Assembly: GCA_003427395.1 (NCBI GenBank)
Contig: BFEA01000017.1
Coordinates: 3,539,838 to 3,603,837, forward strand
DNA from: Chara braunii
Taxonomy: Eukaryota > Plantae > Charophyceae
Direction: 5' to 3'
Length of the DNA: 64,000 nt
Each line of letters opens with the position of its first letter. The stretch's first letter is position 1. Positions 24,373 through 37,264 of the stretch are shown here, piece after piece. The translations under genes were made by a program, and so were the position numbers. The notes below the pieces were generated by a model. That model was given only the letters and a program-made list of their open reading frames with translations. It was not told the origin of the DNA and made no database searches.

Positions 24373-25403
24373 CCTCGGAAGCCTTTGTGCAGCGAAGTTC
24401 TTGTGGATACCAGAAGCCTCGGAAGACCAGGGCTTTATGTCTAAGGTGGCCTAGGATACCGTAGCCACCCCCAAATTGACGGGGGCTCTCGGGATTCTGG
24501 ACCCAAAGCAACAAAATCTGGCCTTATTAGCCAAGTGGCCCATCTTGGCAATGCTGGATACCTCTCAAAAGGCCTGGACCAGATTCGCCCAGTATCTCCT
24601 TGGCTCAGACTGGAAACTGGCCAATCATGATGACGTTTGGCTCTGTCTATGTCTCCCGTCCTTCTCTCAGCGTCGGCCGAAGTTGGTACTGTGGCGCCAG
24701 ATTTTGTATGCTTGGAACAGGTTACGCCCTCCCATTGTTAGGGAGCCAGTTACACGCCTGTCAGAAATCCTCAATCAACTGCTCTTCGAGAACCCTCGGA
24801 TTCTTCAACAGGATGGCGAAGTATTCTCGGCTGCTCCATCATCGAGGGAACTTCCTTCGCTAGTCGTTGAAATAGTGGCGCCTTCTTTCTACTATCGATT
24901 TTCTTCCTGCCGACGGTTCTTGGAGAGGGTTAGCGTTATGCGATTTTGCTCAAGCGTTGCATGGCTTCGGTCACCCTTTCACATTCCGAAAGGGCGGAGC
25001 AGATTCAGAAGGGTATGTTGGTGATGGAAATGCTCTGGTTCGTTCAGACAACGAATGTCACTTATTTGCCGGGGAGGGGTTTTCGCCCTTGGGATGGGGT
25101 GCGTGAATAATCCTGTCAGGTTGGTTGGTTCGGCTTGTTTTTCACCATTTTCCGTCTTCTCAAAGGAGCCCCAATTCGCAAGACCTCTATCTCAGCGGTG
25201 GTCATCGAACCGCCAGATTGAGGTCTTGACTGTCAGGCTGCTCCATCAATTGGTGGGGAGCAATACCTGCTGGAAACCGGGTCCAGCGTCCCTGAACAAC
25301 ATTGTCGTCGTACAATTTATATTCGGAACCATCGGTTGGTACGGCTTGTAATTGTGCCGATTGTGGATACCTATTTTTTGGAGCGAATAAAAGTTTCTCA
25401 CCT

Positions 25404-25447
<44 letters not shown>

Positions 25448-26321
25448 TTGGCAAAACTTCGTGTACTTCGCCTCAGTGACTTGTGGAACGAGACTGGGAA
25501 CTGTTGGCTCACTGTGGACTCACTTCGGGCAAAATTGCCCAGGGCCCGCAATATCAGAGGAAATTTCGAGGCTCTGAAACAGGCAATGCCCGCTTCCTGG
25601 ATCCTGTGCCTTCAACCAAACAGACATCCGGGCAAAGATACTTGGTTTTCTTCTCCCTCCTGTTCGTCCATCTTCTGGCATGTGATTGCCCCCCCCCTCA
25701 CGGGGGGGTACGAAGGTACGAGTTTGGAAGCACAGCCGGAATGCCAAGACAGAGGACCACCTCAGTTTCATAGGTGAAGAATTGGCGACTCTGGATGATG
25801 AACTACAAGAAGTGAGGGTCTGGGTTTCTGAGGGCCCCAGGGGTACTAAGGAAACTTGCTCGGGGGGGTGCCCAGCCTCGTCCTTTAAAATAGATCCATA
25901 TAACTGGGGCTGGTCGGATCTGGTCAAGCCAGGGGACTTTACTCCACTCAGCCAGTATTCCATGAAAGTTGGGAGGGCCATCCAACTCAAGAAAATCCAA
26001 AAAACGCCAGACTGAGTTGATCTGGCTATCAGAAGATGGAAAGAACACCCTGCAGATCATGTCTCCGAAGCCCAGTTACGGAAATTTCGGAAACAGCTCC
26101 AGAAACTTCCAGACCAGAAGGCAGCAAGTTTGCTATCCTCTGGATGCCAGAGTAATCAATGCTGGCAGGCTTCCTCACTCTGTATGCATTCTGTATTCGT
26201 GTTGTAAAGGGACGCTGGACCCGCTTTCCAGCAGGTGATGCTCCCCACCAATAGACGGAGCCTCTCCCCAGGTGCTAGCGGTGTCTGATTTCGTCAGCAC
26301 CGCTAGCACTGCAGGGGGTTG

Positions 26322-26366
<45 letters not shown>

Positions 26367-27286
26367 ACTGTGGTTACAATCTATGCAGGCAGTTCCCTCT
26401 GCAGAGTGGCTGTCCTCCAGGGGGATGCCAGTCTCTCTGCAATGCAGCCGTTGCACGTGGGCCTGGGAAACTTCATCCCATCTATGGGTGGACTGCCCTT
26501 ATTCCTGACTGATCTGGCAATTATGGTGGAGGAAAGACTGGGCAAATCTCGGGGACTCCGTAGTCCCCTGGTCAGACTCATGGATCCGTTCAGGTTGCTC
26601 GGATGTGTGCTCTTCATTCAACTTGGGCTGGGGCTATATCGCCCAACTTCAAGTCTGCAGAGGGGTCATTATGAGGATTCTCTGGCAGAGCCGCTATGAG
26701 AAGCTCCTTACAGAGGAACCTCTTTGCCCAGAGAAGCAGAAAAGGCTTATCCTAATTCAAATCAGCCTTATTGTTATTGCAGACTGGCAAAGGAAGGGCC
26801 CTCTGTGGTTTTCTCTTACATGGGCGTGGGTCAGTCGTTTGGTGTCTGTGCAAGAAGGAAAGTTGGCGCTTTGCCCATGGTTGTGTCCGGGCCCGTATTT
26901 AGAAGACACTGCTAGTTGTTGAACTTAGAGGAAAAGAGTCGTCTTTAGACTTATTATTGTTGGGAGTTATTTGTGTTAGTGCCCTTTGTTTGGGTCACCA
27001 TTATGCTCACAAGCTAAAGTTGTAAGGCTAGAAGTGGCCACCTCTCTCAGAGTATAGTGGTCTTGAGTTTTGACTGTTTGGAAGATGAACTGGACACGCA
27101 GAAAGGAATGGACGCTGGACCCGGTTTCCAGTATATATATTTTGGAAACGGTTTCCAGTATATGCCTAAGCTGGGTATGGCCCCCAGAAACTCCCGGTTG
27201 TTTGTGAGGGATTCCCGAGTCGGACCTCCTCTCATTTCACATTCAAAGTTTAAATTTTTCCCAAAAAAAAAAAAAAAAAAAAAAAA
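24373..27286 (+). mobile_element. 5'-truncated L1/Tx1-type LINE inserted at the U6 3' end, with two nested poly(A) insertions (24854-25443, 26132-26360)
   Basis: KFLW..SKVA*DTV..GALGILDPKQQNLALLAKW, QLLFENP, LSDLW and DPYNWGW match ORF2 of the 28-36 kb LINE. Poly(A) at 27263-27289. TSD aaac(a/g)gtccaaag at 24360-24372 and 27287-27299. Nested TSDs aactt and aagttt. Confidence 0.85.
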
Positions 27287-27674
27287 AAACGGTCCAAAGG
27301 AAAAATGAAAGAAAAAAAAAGGGACTTTTTTATTAAAAAAAGAAAAAAAGGGATCTTCCAAACCGGCTCAAACCAATAAAAAAGGCCTGACAAAAAATAA
27401 TAATAAAATAAATAAATACATAAAAAAGGCCTGAAAGGCTGTCCTGTCCAGATCTGACAGGTAATTGAATTGGCTGGGATTAGCCACAAAAAAGAAAAAG
27501 AAAAAAAAAAAAAAAAGCAAATAACAACAACCACAACAACAACTACACCCACAACAACCACTTGACGGAGGTATCCGCCTTTCACTGTGAGAGGCAGCTA
27601 TGCTTGCCAGCGCAGGGGTCCCATACCTACATGGCCTACCTTCTTCCCTCGAATCGGACGTAGGGTTGTTTAAC

Positions 27675-27706
<32 letters not shown>

Positions 27707-27707
27707 A

Positions 27708-27749
<42 letters not shown>

Positions 27750-29287
27750 TTCAACCAGAGTGGCCCGGGGTCACTTGCCCGGCCAGGCCAATTGTTTTTA
27801 AAAAATGAAATAAAATAAAAATATTTTTTAATATTATTTTTTATTCTAAATTTGGTGAAGAATTTCGATGTGACCCCGAGGCAAAAGTTCTTCAGTTATT
27901 TTTCTGCACAACATAGGTTTTTTTCGGATTTTTCGGTTTTTTTTTTTTTTTTTTTTTTTTTTCTGGGACCTTCCCTGGTCCTTGCACGGGCTGGCCACCC
28001 GGGACCCGGGCGCCCGGCTGGTAGCCTATAGCTATATTTGACTCATACTTCAGTCTTTATACAGCTCTAATAATGACCGTCCATCCGTTGTATTCGGTGA
28101 ACGAAGGTAAGTTAAAGTTAGCCCATAGGGGATCGCGAAAGCGCTATCGAGAGAAGGTAGTGCCATGCCAAAACTGGTCGTTGGGGCGGCGGGGACGAGT
28201 GAGGTGGCGCCGAGGTGGCGCAAAGGTGGGATCGTTCCAAAAGGGCATTACCGTGCTCTTGTCGTAACCCGGTCTTGGTCGACGCCACGTCAGCAATCCC
28301 GTCTAACCGAGAGAGGATAGGAGTGACTGTGGGGACGGTGGATGGGCAGGATCTGCGCGCCGGTATATACCAGAATAATCAAAATGTCAGGGGTGTTTGC
28401 CCTTGGCTTCAGATATGGAAACTGGAGACATCGCATGAAGTGAATGTACGGAAGCGAGATGAAGACGTTTCGTTGCAGATTGGTGATCTTCTGATCGACA
28501 CTGTTTGGTAAGAGTGTAAGTTGGCGTTATCTGTTGTTCGACCGTGTGTTCATTTGGTGAAAGTGGGATTTTGGAGCTTCTATTACTGCTGACTTTGGGA
28601 ATGAGAATTGTTATCATCAGATTATTGAAGATTTGGTGTCGACTTGGGGAGCCGAATCTCATTCAAATACTTAGCCCTAATTTTTTCCCTGTTCGGATGG
28701 AACTGCTGCGGTTAGATCGTCGACGATTTTGTGTCGTGGATTTGGACAGTTGGACTTTATCGAATTGGTAATTTGGACTTAAGCGTATTCCTTGAGCGAT
28801 AGTGGGTGGTTGGCCTATTCGTCCTTTTCTTTGATTTCTTCCTTGTTTTATGCCGAAAGTCTGTTCAGGATAGTAGTTTTTAAATGTTTTTAGTCAGGGT
28901 TTTAGACTACCACTGGGCGACCTAATCGCCCCCCCTCTGTTTGGCTCTTAGACGCTACTGAACATGCGTCCCAACTGGTGGATTGTTGCTTTCAAATGCT
29001 CTTCGTCACCTTTTTCCTGATCGCCTCTGTGCCAGCCGGTTGTGATGGTGATGCTCAGCGTTGCTCTGGAAATTGATTGATTAGCTGGGACGTGTAGGAA
29101 TTTTAGTGCCAACTCAAAAATAGTGACGAAGGGGCCTGCTGTGTGATTGGCTGTGCCTTGGTATAATTGACACGAATAGTGGACATAAATACGTGTAAGT
29201 ACAGTGGAGATAAATACGTGTAAGTCCAGTTTTGGAAATTGGACGGACGAAGTGTGAATAACAGTGTCACATTATACACTGGGCAGG

Positions 29288-31104
29288 ATGGATCAACAGC
29301 GTGAACAATTGTGTGAAATGGTACGGGAATGTTTTATAACTGGAAAAAAAAAACCGAATATAGCTACGACTAGGGATGTCTCAAATGACACGGTGGTGGT
29401 AGACATAGATCCTAGAGCGGCGGATGTTATAGTGGAGTATTTGCGGAGGCATGGGGTATTGGTGAGCTTTCAAGGACTTGACGCTGGGGTCCCATTTGCC
29501 AAAAAGGAGGAATGGATGAGAACGATTGAATCGGGTTGGGATTTGACCATGTTGCAAGGGAAGAAAGGGCGAATTCGACCGGAGGGAGCCAATATGATCA
29601 CTTACCTTGCAATCAATCATGTCTTGCGAGACTGGTTGATTAATACTTTGCAGATAGAAGAGAAAGCGGTGGTGGGTGGGAAACCATGCAAAGTACTCTA
29701 TAAGCAATGGGCAACTCCGGCAGAACAAGCCAAGGCGAGGGAAGATCTTCAGGCCCAGAGGTTTTGGATTAGGGTTCTGAGGGTTCCCTTTCTGGCTATG
29801 CCTTTCCCGGAAGCAGCAATAAAAAGAGAGTACGGTCAGGTCCAAAAAGCCTATGCCCCTGAACGAAATCAGGCAGCGCCCCGATTGGTTAACCGCAGAT
29901 TTGACCTCCACCCTCGAGCAAAGTCCAGGGTAACTAAATACCTTAAATTTCGCTCTCCGCAGGGGTGGCACAATGTGGAAGTAGTCACACAAGACTCATC
30001 ATGGTGTCACGATTGTCGTTGGTATGGTCACAAGTCAGGTGAACCGGCCTGCCCGAAAAAAGGAATGGGGAATGTGTTTGCGGGACCGACAATTATAGTA
30101 GGTGTATCTGTGGGATCAATGGTTACTGCAGGGATTTCAGTGGGACCATCAGTCACAGTAGGGGCCTCGTCATCATCGGCCCAGCCTGCTACCTGCTCTC
30201 CTTATCCAACTCTGTCCACATCAACGACTGTTGTGACGATTTCTGGCACGATGAATTCTGTGCCGGCTCCAGCTGGATCAGTACCCACCTCTGAGGGAAC
30301 CGACCCTATGAAGGGTTTGATCTCAGTTGGGCCTTCCTCCGCCACGGTAGTTACAACAACAGTGGTACCACAAGGAACGTCTTTGGTGGAACCAACACAG
30401 CAACAACCTGCACCGGGACCAGAAGTGTAAACCTCAGAAGGAATCCACCTCGACTCATCGAAAAATTCTTACTGGTGGACCGAAACAGGCAGGATACAGT
30501 CCGTACCAACGTCCAGGACAGCCTCGAAAAATGGACGAGAGATTAGTTACCTGGGCAGACATGGTGGAAGATGAAGACGATTATGGGAAGGGGGATCCCC
30601 CCCCCAACCAGATGAACACAATCAGCAGCACCTCCAACGTGCGGAGGTATTTCCTGGTTCTATCAGGGAAGCAATTGCGGCGGGACAGCCTGGGGTGGTG
30701 GTTCCACTAGTATTTTTGGCAGTGGACGGGGACTTGCAGCTAATGACGGTCTTTTCGACGGAAGGGGCCCTTTCTATACCACATTTTGTGATGTACACTG
30801 AGCCGACTTTGAAATCGGTCTTGGTGGAGATCCAGAAGTGGTTGGGAGAGTTAGACCTTTCCCTTCCATGGAATGGGTCAGGTTGACACCTACAAACGCT
30901 CAGGGCCGAACAGACATTCTCTGCTTCCCAATCATTGATGCGATTGTAAATCCTTCGGCAAAAGGACCTGCTGCTTTGACTGGCCTGAGATGGATTTCAC
31001 TGCAGTTGTTCAAGAACCCGGGTGGGCAGACTGCAATTGACACCAGAATTTACGACAGTTGGAATGGTGCCCTGCTTACGCAAGTCGATTCACATATCCC
31101 ATGA
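29288..31104 (+). pseudogene. LINE ORF1 (zinc knuckle), disrupted after 30430
   Basis: FWIRVLRVP motif and CHDCRWYGHKSGEPAC knuckle. A coding-like continuation runs over 30431-31104 with a stop and frameshifts. Confidence 0.8.
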
Positions 31105-31170
31105 CACAAAAGCATCTTTTCCAACCAGTTTCTTATGCTGAAATGTGTTGATTGGCCTGAAATGTAAACT

Positions 31171-34100
31171 ATGGACAAAATCAGATTAGTATCATGGAAT
31201 GTTAGAGGGTTCGGATCAAGAAGAGTAGCGACAAAGCGATCTTTGATTAAGTCTTTGGCAAGGAATAAAGGAATACAAATCGCGTTGCTGCAAGAAACTA
31301 AGTTAAATGATTCTGCGATTGCAGATCAAATGGGTTGGTGGTTGGGCGAACAATTTTAGGCCTCAGCCCAAGGGACCCGGGGTGGTGTTGCGATATTGAT
31401 AGCCAGAACGGCGCCGTTTGAAGTAACAGATCACTGTGTCGATCCTTTTGGACGTTGGGTGTGGGTGAGAATCACGGTTGCTCAGGAACAGTGGGCAATC
31501 TGTAATATTTACGCCCCTACCTCTCAATCAGAGAGAGTGAAATTGTTCACATCGTTGCCATGGATGATCCCGCAAGTGGATAACCTCATTCTAGGTGGGG
31601 ATTGGAATACAACCCTTGTTCCGGGGGTGGATTCCATGCGATTGGGACCTGCTGGAAATGACGCTGCCCAATTTACCAATTTCACCTATTCTAATGGATT
31701 CTCTGATTTGTTTCGGGTTCTGCACCCTTTTGAAAAAGGCTTTACTTTTTTTTCAGCAGGCGCCCTGCAGCAACAATACTTACCTCAGAGTCGTATTGAT
31801 TTGTTTTTTGCGTCAGACACTCTGATGCCTAGACTTTCGAGATGCTTTGTTGTACCATATATAGGATCAGATCACCTACCTCTTTTTTTGGAATTTTTTC
31901 TACATATTACTGTTAGAGTAGGAAGGGATAGGACTATTTTGCCTGAATGGGTGGTACTGACACAAGTTTTTTCACAGTTCATGTGTGAGTTTTGGCCCAA
32001 GTGGAAGACTGCCAAAGCTTTGTTTTCTTCCTTAGCAGAATGGATTCAGGGAGGACAGCAGATAGTGCTGCAAAGAGGCTTGCTAATCAAGAAGTCAATC
32101 CTTCTCGCTAATCGGACAGAGTTGCAGAAAATCAATGAGGAATTGGTAGCGGTTATGTGTCAGGCTGCGGTGGCAACCCGGCAACAAGAGGAACATGCTT
32201 TGATGACTCGGATGGATGAACTCAAACAGCGATGGATAATGCGGACACAGCCTGCAATTCGGAACGTGATTAACAATAAGAGGATAGGTTGGTTAGTGAA
32301 AGGTGATCGAATGACCTCTTCCTTTTTCGCAGCCCATCGCCCTCCATACCAAAACCAGATGATATCAGCCATTAAACACCCGTTTGACGCTTTGGCACCG
32401 ATAGCAGTTGAGACACAAACAATTGTTACTAACGTTTCTTTATTTTATGAAAGTTTGTTGACCTCGCAAGCTCAATGCTCGGAGCAACAATTACTCCAAC
32501 AATATCATGAACAGGTTTGGTCTAAAGTGGACAAGAAACTGTCTAACAATCAACGGCAAATGTTGGAGGCTGATATAGTCATGCAAGAGGTGGTGGATGC
32601 AGTTTCACCTTTGTCACAACATAAAACGCCGGGGTTGAATGGTCTTCCGGCCCAGTTTTTTAGAGGTTTTTCGCTCCATTTGCTGCCTGAACTTGTGTTG
32701 ATTTGTCAAGCCGTCGGGAATGGTGCATCATTGTCGACTTCGGCTCTGCAAGGAATTATTACTTTTGCATACAAGACAGGAGATCGATCGGACATAGCCA
32801 ATTATAGACCAATAACGCTTATGCCGGTACTTTACAAAATCCTGTCCAAAATAATGACATCCAGGCTACAGACAGTCCTGCCTTCGCTGATTCATCAAAC
32901 ACAGACAGGTTTTCTCCAAGACAGACAGATTCTACACAACGTGATGATTGTGGAACAGCTTGCTGAACTGGTAGCTGGAGGAGAGGACAACCTAGCCATT
33001 GTGTTGTAAGATCTTTCAAAGGCTTATGATAGAGTGGGTTGGGAATTTCTGCAGGCTGTGCTTACTGCTTTTGGATTTGCCCCGAACTTCAAGCACGCAA
33101 TGGATTCTCTTTTGCACAATGCTACCTCCCGAGTCTGTGTCAACGGGGTCTTATAAGCCTCGATCCGATTAAGTCGGTCGGTGAGACAGGACTGCCCTGT
33201 GGCACCGTATCTCTATCTCTTGTATCTATAAATAATGCATATTTTAATCAGATCTAACCCGAAAATTCCGGGCTTTGCGCTGCCCTCTGGGGAAAGACTG
33301 AAGACGGAAGCATTCGCAGATGACTCGGTGGCCTTTACTCCTGTCGATGATCAAGCTTTTTTTGCACTTAGAGAAAATGTGGATCTGTTTTGTTTGTTGT
33401 CACAAGCTAAGGTCAACTGGTCTAAATCCTCGGTCCTCATACCTCCAGGTGAACAACCTCCACACAATTGGGGCCTTAGGATAGTGGTCTCGGGTGGACA
33501 GGATAGGCTTTTGGGACATCGAATTTCCTTTGATCTGCTGTCGGTACAGGATTCTGCAACATCTATAGCAGGTCTACGCTCGACACTACTGCCTTGGGTA
33601 AGGTACAAAGGTGCTAGCTTGTTTGGTCGAGCAATAGTCATCAACAATGCAGTGCTGTCCACTATGTGGTACCGTCGGGCTATTCATCAATTGGATGGAG
33701 CGTCGCTGCAGACGATACGCCACTTGCTAACTCGTTACTTGTGGAAAGAAGAGATTGATGATGATAATTTATTGCCCAAAGTGGCATGGGAAACTGTAAC
33801 CCAATCAAAACGGAATGGAGGATTAGCCATATTGGACCCTGAACGACAGATTGCTGCACTTCTTGCGAGATGGGTCCCATGGACAATTCTGCAAAGTCCG
33901 AGCACGCCGTGGAGGCAAAAGGCAGAATTTTATATTTGTTCCTGGTTAGAATGGACCGATATCCGCTGTATCTGGCTGACCGTACTCAACCCGGAGTATC
34001 AGAGGAAGAGATTGCCTCCCGGGATATGGGCTGGAATATTGAAAGCTTGGAGGGGTGTCTGTCCGAAATTGCAAACCCCTCCGTTGGTTTTTGAAAGATT

Positions 34101-35436
34101 GATGACTCAACCGCTGTTTAACAACCCATGTTTGCTCAACCCGGAAGGACGACAGTTTCGCTGCTTTGGCCCGCAAGAGTTTGGAAATGCATGGATGTCA
34201 AGAGGGGTTGGTACTGTGGCAGATCTCTGGGACGTTGCACATTCTGACTGGAAAACAGCTGAAGATTTGGCCCCGAGGCTGCTTGGACTCTGGCACAGGG
34301 AAGAGCATATGCAACAGCTGAGGAACGCTATCCCTCAACAATGGGTGGACATATTGAGAATGGGACCGCAACTTGTTAAAGAGATGTGGTATAAGGATGC
34401 GCTGCTAGAGACACCTAATTGCATTTGGAGGGTAGAAGACTACTCGGAGGTGGTGGAAATTCCAACGACTTCCTGGAGGGTGCTAGGAGGGGCTGATTCG
34501 TTAGGTGAGCCTCTTCACCTTTCTGAACACCAGGTCCCTCTTCCTCCACCTGAGCAACTGATGTCGGTCTGTGTGCTTGAGAACAAACAAAGCTATAGAC
34601 CCTACCTTCTGAAAGCGCCTCTCTATAGTTTGGCAGTGGACCACAGGGATTGGGGGTGGGACCACCCGTTGAACAGTTCTCAACAAGTGGGAATAGCTGA
34701 GTACACAACGAAGGTAGGTTACTTGTTAATGACACCTCGAATTGACGTCAACTGGTCAGTGGCCAGAAGATGGATGGCAATGGGATGGGTGAGGGACTCG
34801 TTAACAAGGTTGGCAGCTGCTCTTCAGACATTTTGGAAGCAATTAATTGAGTTGGTGGTAAGCAAACATGCGAGTTTGCTATGGCTGTTGATGCACATGG
34901 CACTGCCGGTGAATGCCTGGTGTGCCCGCCGAACAACAAAGGCTGTACCAGAATGTGGCCTATGCTTGGGAACTCGAATTGAGGACATCCACCATTTTTT
35001 GTTGCATTGTGAACTCTCCAGACCCTTTTGGGACTGGTGGAGACAGTCGGGAGTCCCGATTCCTGGTGCGGACTCCCGGTGGGAGGATGAATTTATCCTC
35101 CTGGGAACAGCTTCTAGGAGAAAGCCTGCACAGACTCATCTTATTCATGCAGAGGAGACCATCAGAGGAGCCATTTTATGGACCCTCTGGGACCTCCGAA
35201 ATGCTAGATTGAGAAAGAATGAGCAATTCACTCCGCGGATGGTTAGAGCTCAAATTAAGTATGCAATAAAGCAAGCCATATCTGCAGACTGGGAATACCG
35301 GGTACAGAGAAAAGGTTATTCGGCTAAGGCTATTAAATGGTTTGGATCCAGATGGGGTGATTTTCCGGGACTGGTTACAATGGATGCAGCTCAAGAAGGT
35401 TTGTCTTTGTTAAGATTTTCTAATGTTTTTGTTTAG
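31171..35436 (+). pseudogene. LINE ORF2 (APE-RT-CCHC), 1422 codons in one frame with 4 premature stops
   Basis: SWNVRG, LQETK, NIYAP, GGDWN, SRID, SDH, NYRPITL, DLSKAYDRV, VRQDCP, FADD, CGLC..EDIHHFLLHC. Stops at 31357, 33007, ~33154 and ~33229. Confidence 0.95.
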
Positions 35437-36160
35437 TCTTTGTAGTGGTCTGTCTTAATTTTGGCTTGGTTGCCTTTTTTTTTTTTTTTTTTTTGCTCTC
35501 TCTCTCTGATTACGTCCTAGGTTGTTGCTTTGCCTCTTATTTGGGACTGGTTTTGGTTTTGTAATGATAGGATCCTACAAACTGGTGTGGAGTTGCAAGA
35601 TAGAAACGTAGGATGAGGCAATTTTAGAGTACAACGCACAGTTTCTAGAATAGGATAATTCTCATTGGGCTAGTCTGTGTGTTTTAGGGCAGATTGTACT
35701 GCGGTCGGGATGGGTTTGGCCGGAGGTGCCTTGCCGAGCCTGCAAGGGCCGCAGAGTATATGTAAGGGACACCGGAAATGATGACTTTTTTCCCTTCAAA
35801 AAAAAATAATAATAAAGTTAGCCCTTAGGAGTAGTGGCAGTTAGGTAGGTGGGGAAAGGTGAATTTGAGAAGGTAGGTGTGTAGGGATTTTTTTTTTTTT
35901 CTTTTTTTTTTTTAGTAATATAGGGGAAAAATCCCGGAAAGGTGAATTTGAGAGGAGTTAAAAAANNNNNNNNNNNNNNNNNNNNNNNNNNNNNNNNNNN
36001 NNNNNNNNNNNNNNNNNNNNNNCTAAAAAAAAAACTCAAAAAAAAAAAAAAGTGAAAAAAAAACTAAAAAAAACTAAAAAAAAACTAAAATAAATAAATA
36101 AATAAAATTTGAGAGAAGAACAAGAAAATCAACATTTTAATAAAAATAATAATCTGGCTA

Positions 36161-37264
36161 CTAGAAGGAGGACAGGCCGGTCAGCTTCCTCAGTTGTTCA
36201 TAGGAGCACCAGAAGACGAATTGCCAGGGACCAAGTCGGGCCCAGGTGGGAAAAAACCCCTTCCACAGGGCGAGGACGCCCTCGGATCGGACGGTCTTCA
36301 AGAGGCAGTCCAGTGAGCTGCTGTACTGAGTACTCGAAAGCAGCGTGGCCCCGCTGACTCTGAGACCCCCTGCCACGTGCCCTGCTCGATTGCCTGCCAC
36401 GTGTCCTTGATTCATCATTCTTGTCTTGACAACGTCGGCAGGGCAGCTGAGAACGGTCGCACAGAGGCCGGACATGACGCTCGCCGCTGTGTGAGCGACC
36501 ACATTGTCGTCGCACAGCTGCCTGGTGATCACAAATCGCTTGGCTTGGTCATAGCAGGCCAGCTCGCCTACGTTGACCAAGGCCGCTCTCTGAGCGTTGG
36601 GACCCACCCCCCTCCATAACCCTCTCACCCCCTCCTCTCTGTAGATGGACGCACAAGCCGTTGGAAAATTGGAGTACCTTGGGGCAACCCCAAGAGCGGC
36701 AAGGCGGCCATCGGCCTGCATGCGTACTTTGACAAGGTCAGCTGGGCTAGCAATGACCTGTCCGACGACACCTGCAAGCCCCCCGCTTGCAGCCTTGAGA
36801 AGCACAGGCACCTCCTTCTCCACTGCCGACCCCCCCATTGCTTCCCCCCCCCTTCCAGCAGCAGCTGCAGCTGCAGGTGCACCAGATTGACGAGAGCGGG
36901 AGTGGGAATGGGAGAGAGAGTCGCGGAGGTGCTCGTAGATAACGATGCGAGAGCTCGTATAGATGACATGCCGCACAAGGGCCGGGGACAGACCCCTGTA
37001 CAACCCCAAGACACCCTCTTCGCGAGCGATTGACAAGCCCGTCGCCAGGGCCCCACGATGAACCCCCCCCCCTGCTCTCCCCACACCCGTTCCGGACATC
37101 GAGAGCCCCATCTCCCCCTGCAGCTGCAGCCTCGTCTTCGTGATGTCGATCGGAAACGTGGCACTTTCTGCGGCGATGGCTGCAACTGACGTCAGGCTCA
37201 ATCTCAAGGCCACCTGCTGCCGCTCCTTCTGCTGCTGCCGCTCAACGCTGCATTCCGACGCCAT
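36161..37264 (-). CDS. UCP3: Mitochondrial uncoupling protein, plant UCP3/PUMP3-like (SLC25 carrier), 367 aa, single coding exon
   Basis: Three carrier signatures (FPIDITKTRLQ, SPADLVKVRMQ, CPADVVKTRMM), GELACYDQAK and WKGFFPTWARLGPWQFVFW. ATG at 37264 follows a T-tract plus ttctcag acceptor (~37295), implying a 5'-UTR intron. Confidence 0.93.
   Translation of the reverse strand: MASECSVERQQQKERQQVALRLSLTSVAAIAAESATFPIDITKTRLQLQGEMGLSMSGTGVGRAGGGVHRGALATGLSIAREEGVLGLYRGLSPALVRHVIYTSSRIVIYEHLRDSLSHSHSRSRQSGAPAAAAAAGRGGEAMGGSAVEKEVPVLLKAASGGLAGVVGQVIASPADLVKVRMQADGRLAALGVAPRYSNFPTACASIYREEGVRGLWRGVGPNAQRAALVNVGELACYDQAKRFVITRQLCDDNVVAHTAASVMSGLCATVLSCPADVVKTRMMNQGHVAGNRAGHVAGGLRVSGATLLSSTQYSSSLDCLLKTVRSEGVLALWKGFFPTWARLGPWQFVFWCSYEQLRKLTGLSSF

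Larger units (their letters stand above)
28130..35812 (+). mobile_element. Full-length L1/Tx1-type LINE (~7.7 kb)
   Basis: TSD taaagttagccc(a/t)tagg at 28113-28129 and 35813-35829. About 1.1-kb 5' UTR, ORF1, ORF2, 3' UTR and A/TAA tail at 35798-35815. Confidence 0.95.

Noticed and set aside
24274-27290. Single-step U6/L1 chimeric retrogene
   Set aside because: The U6 3' end is duplicated after the L1 poly(A) and the U6 U-tail is absent at the junction, which favours insertion into a pre-existing U6 copy.
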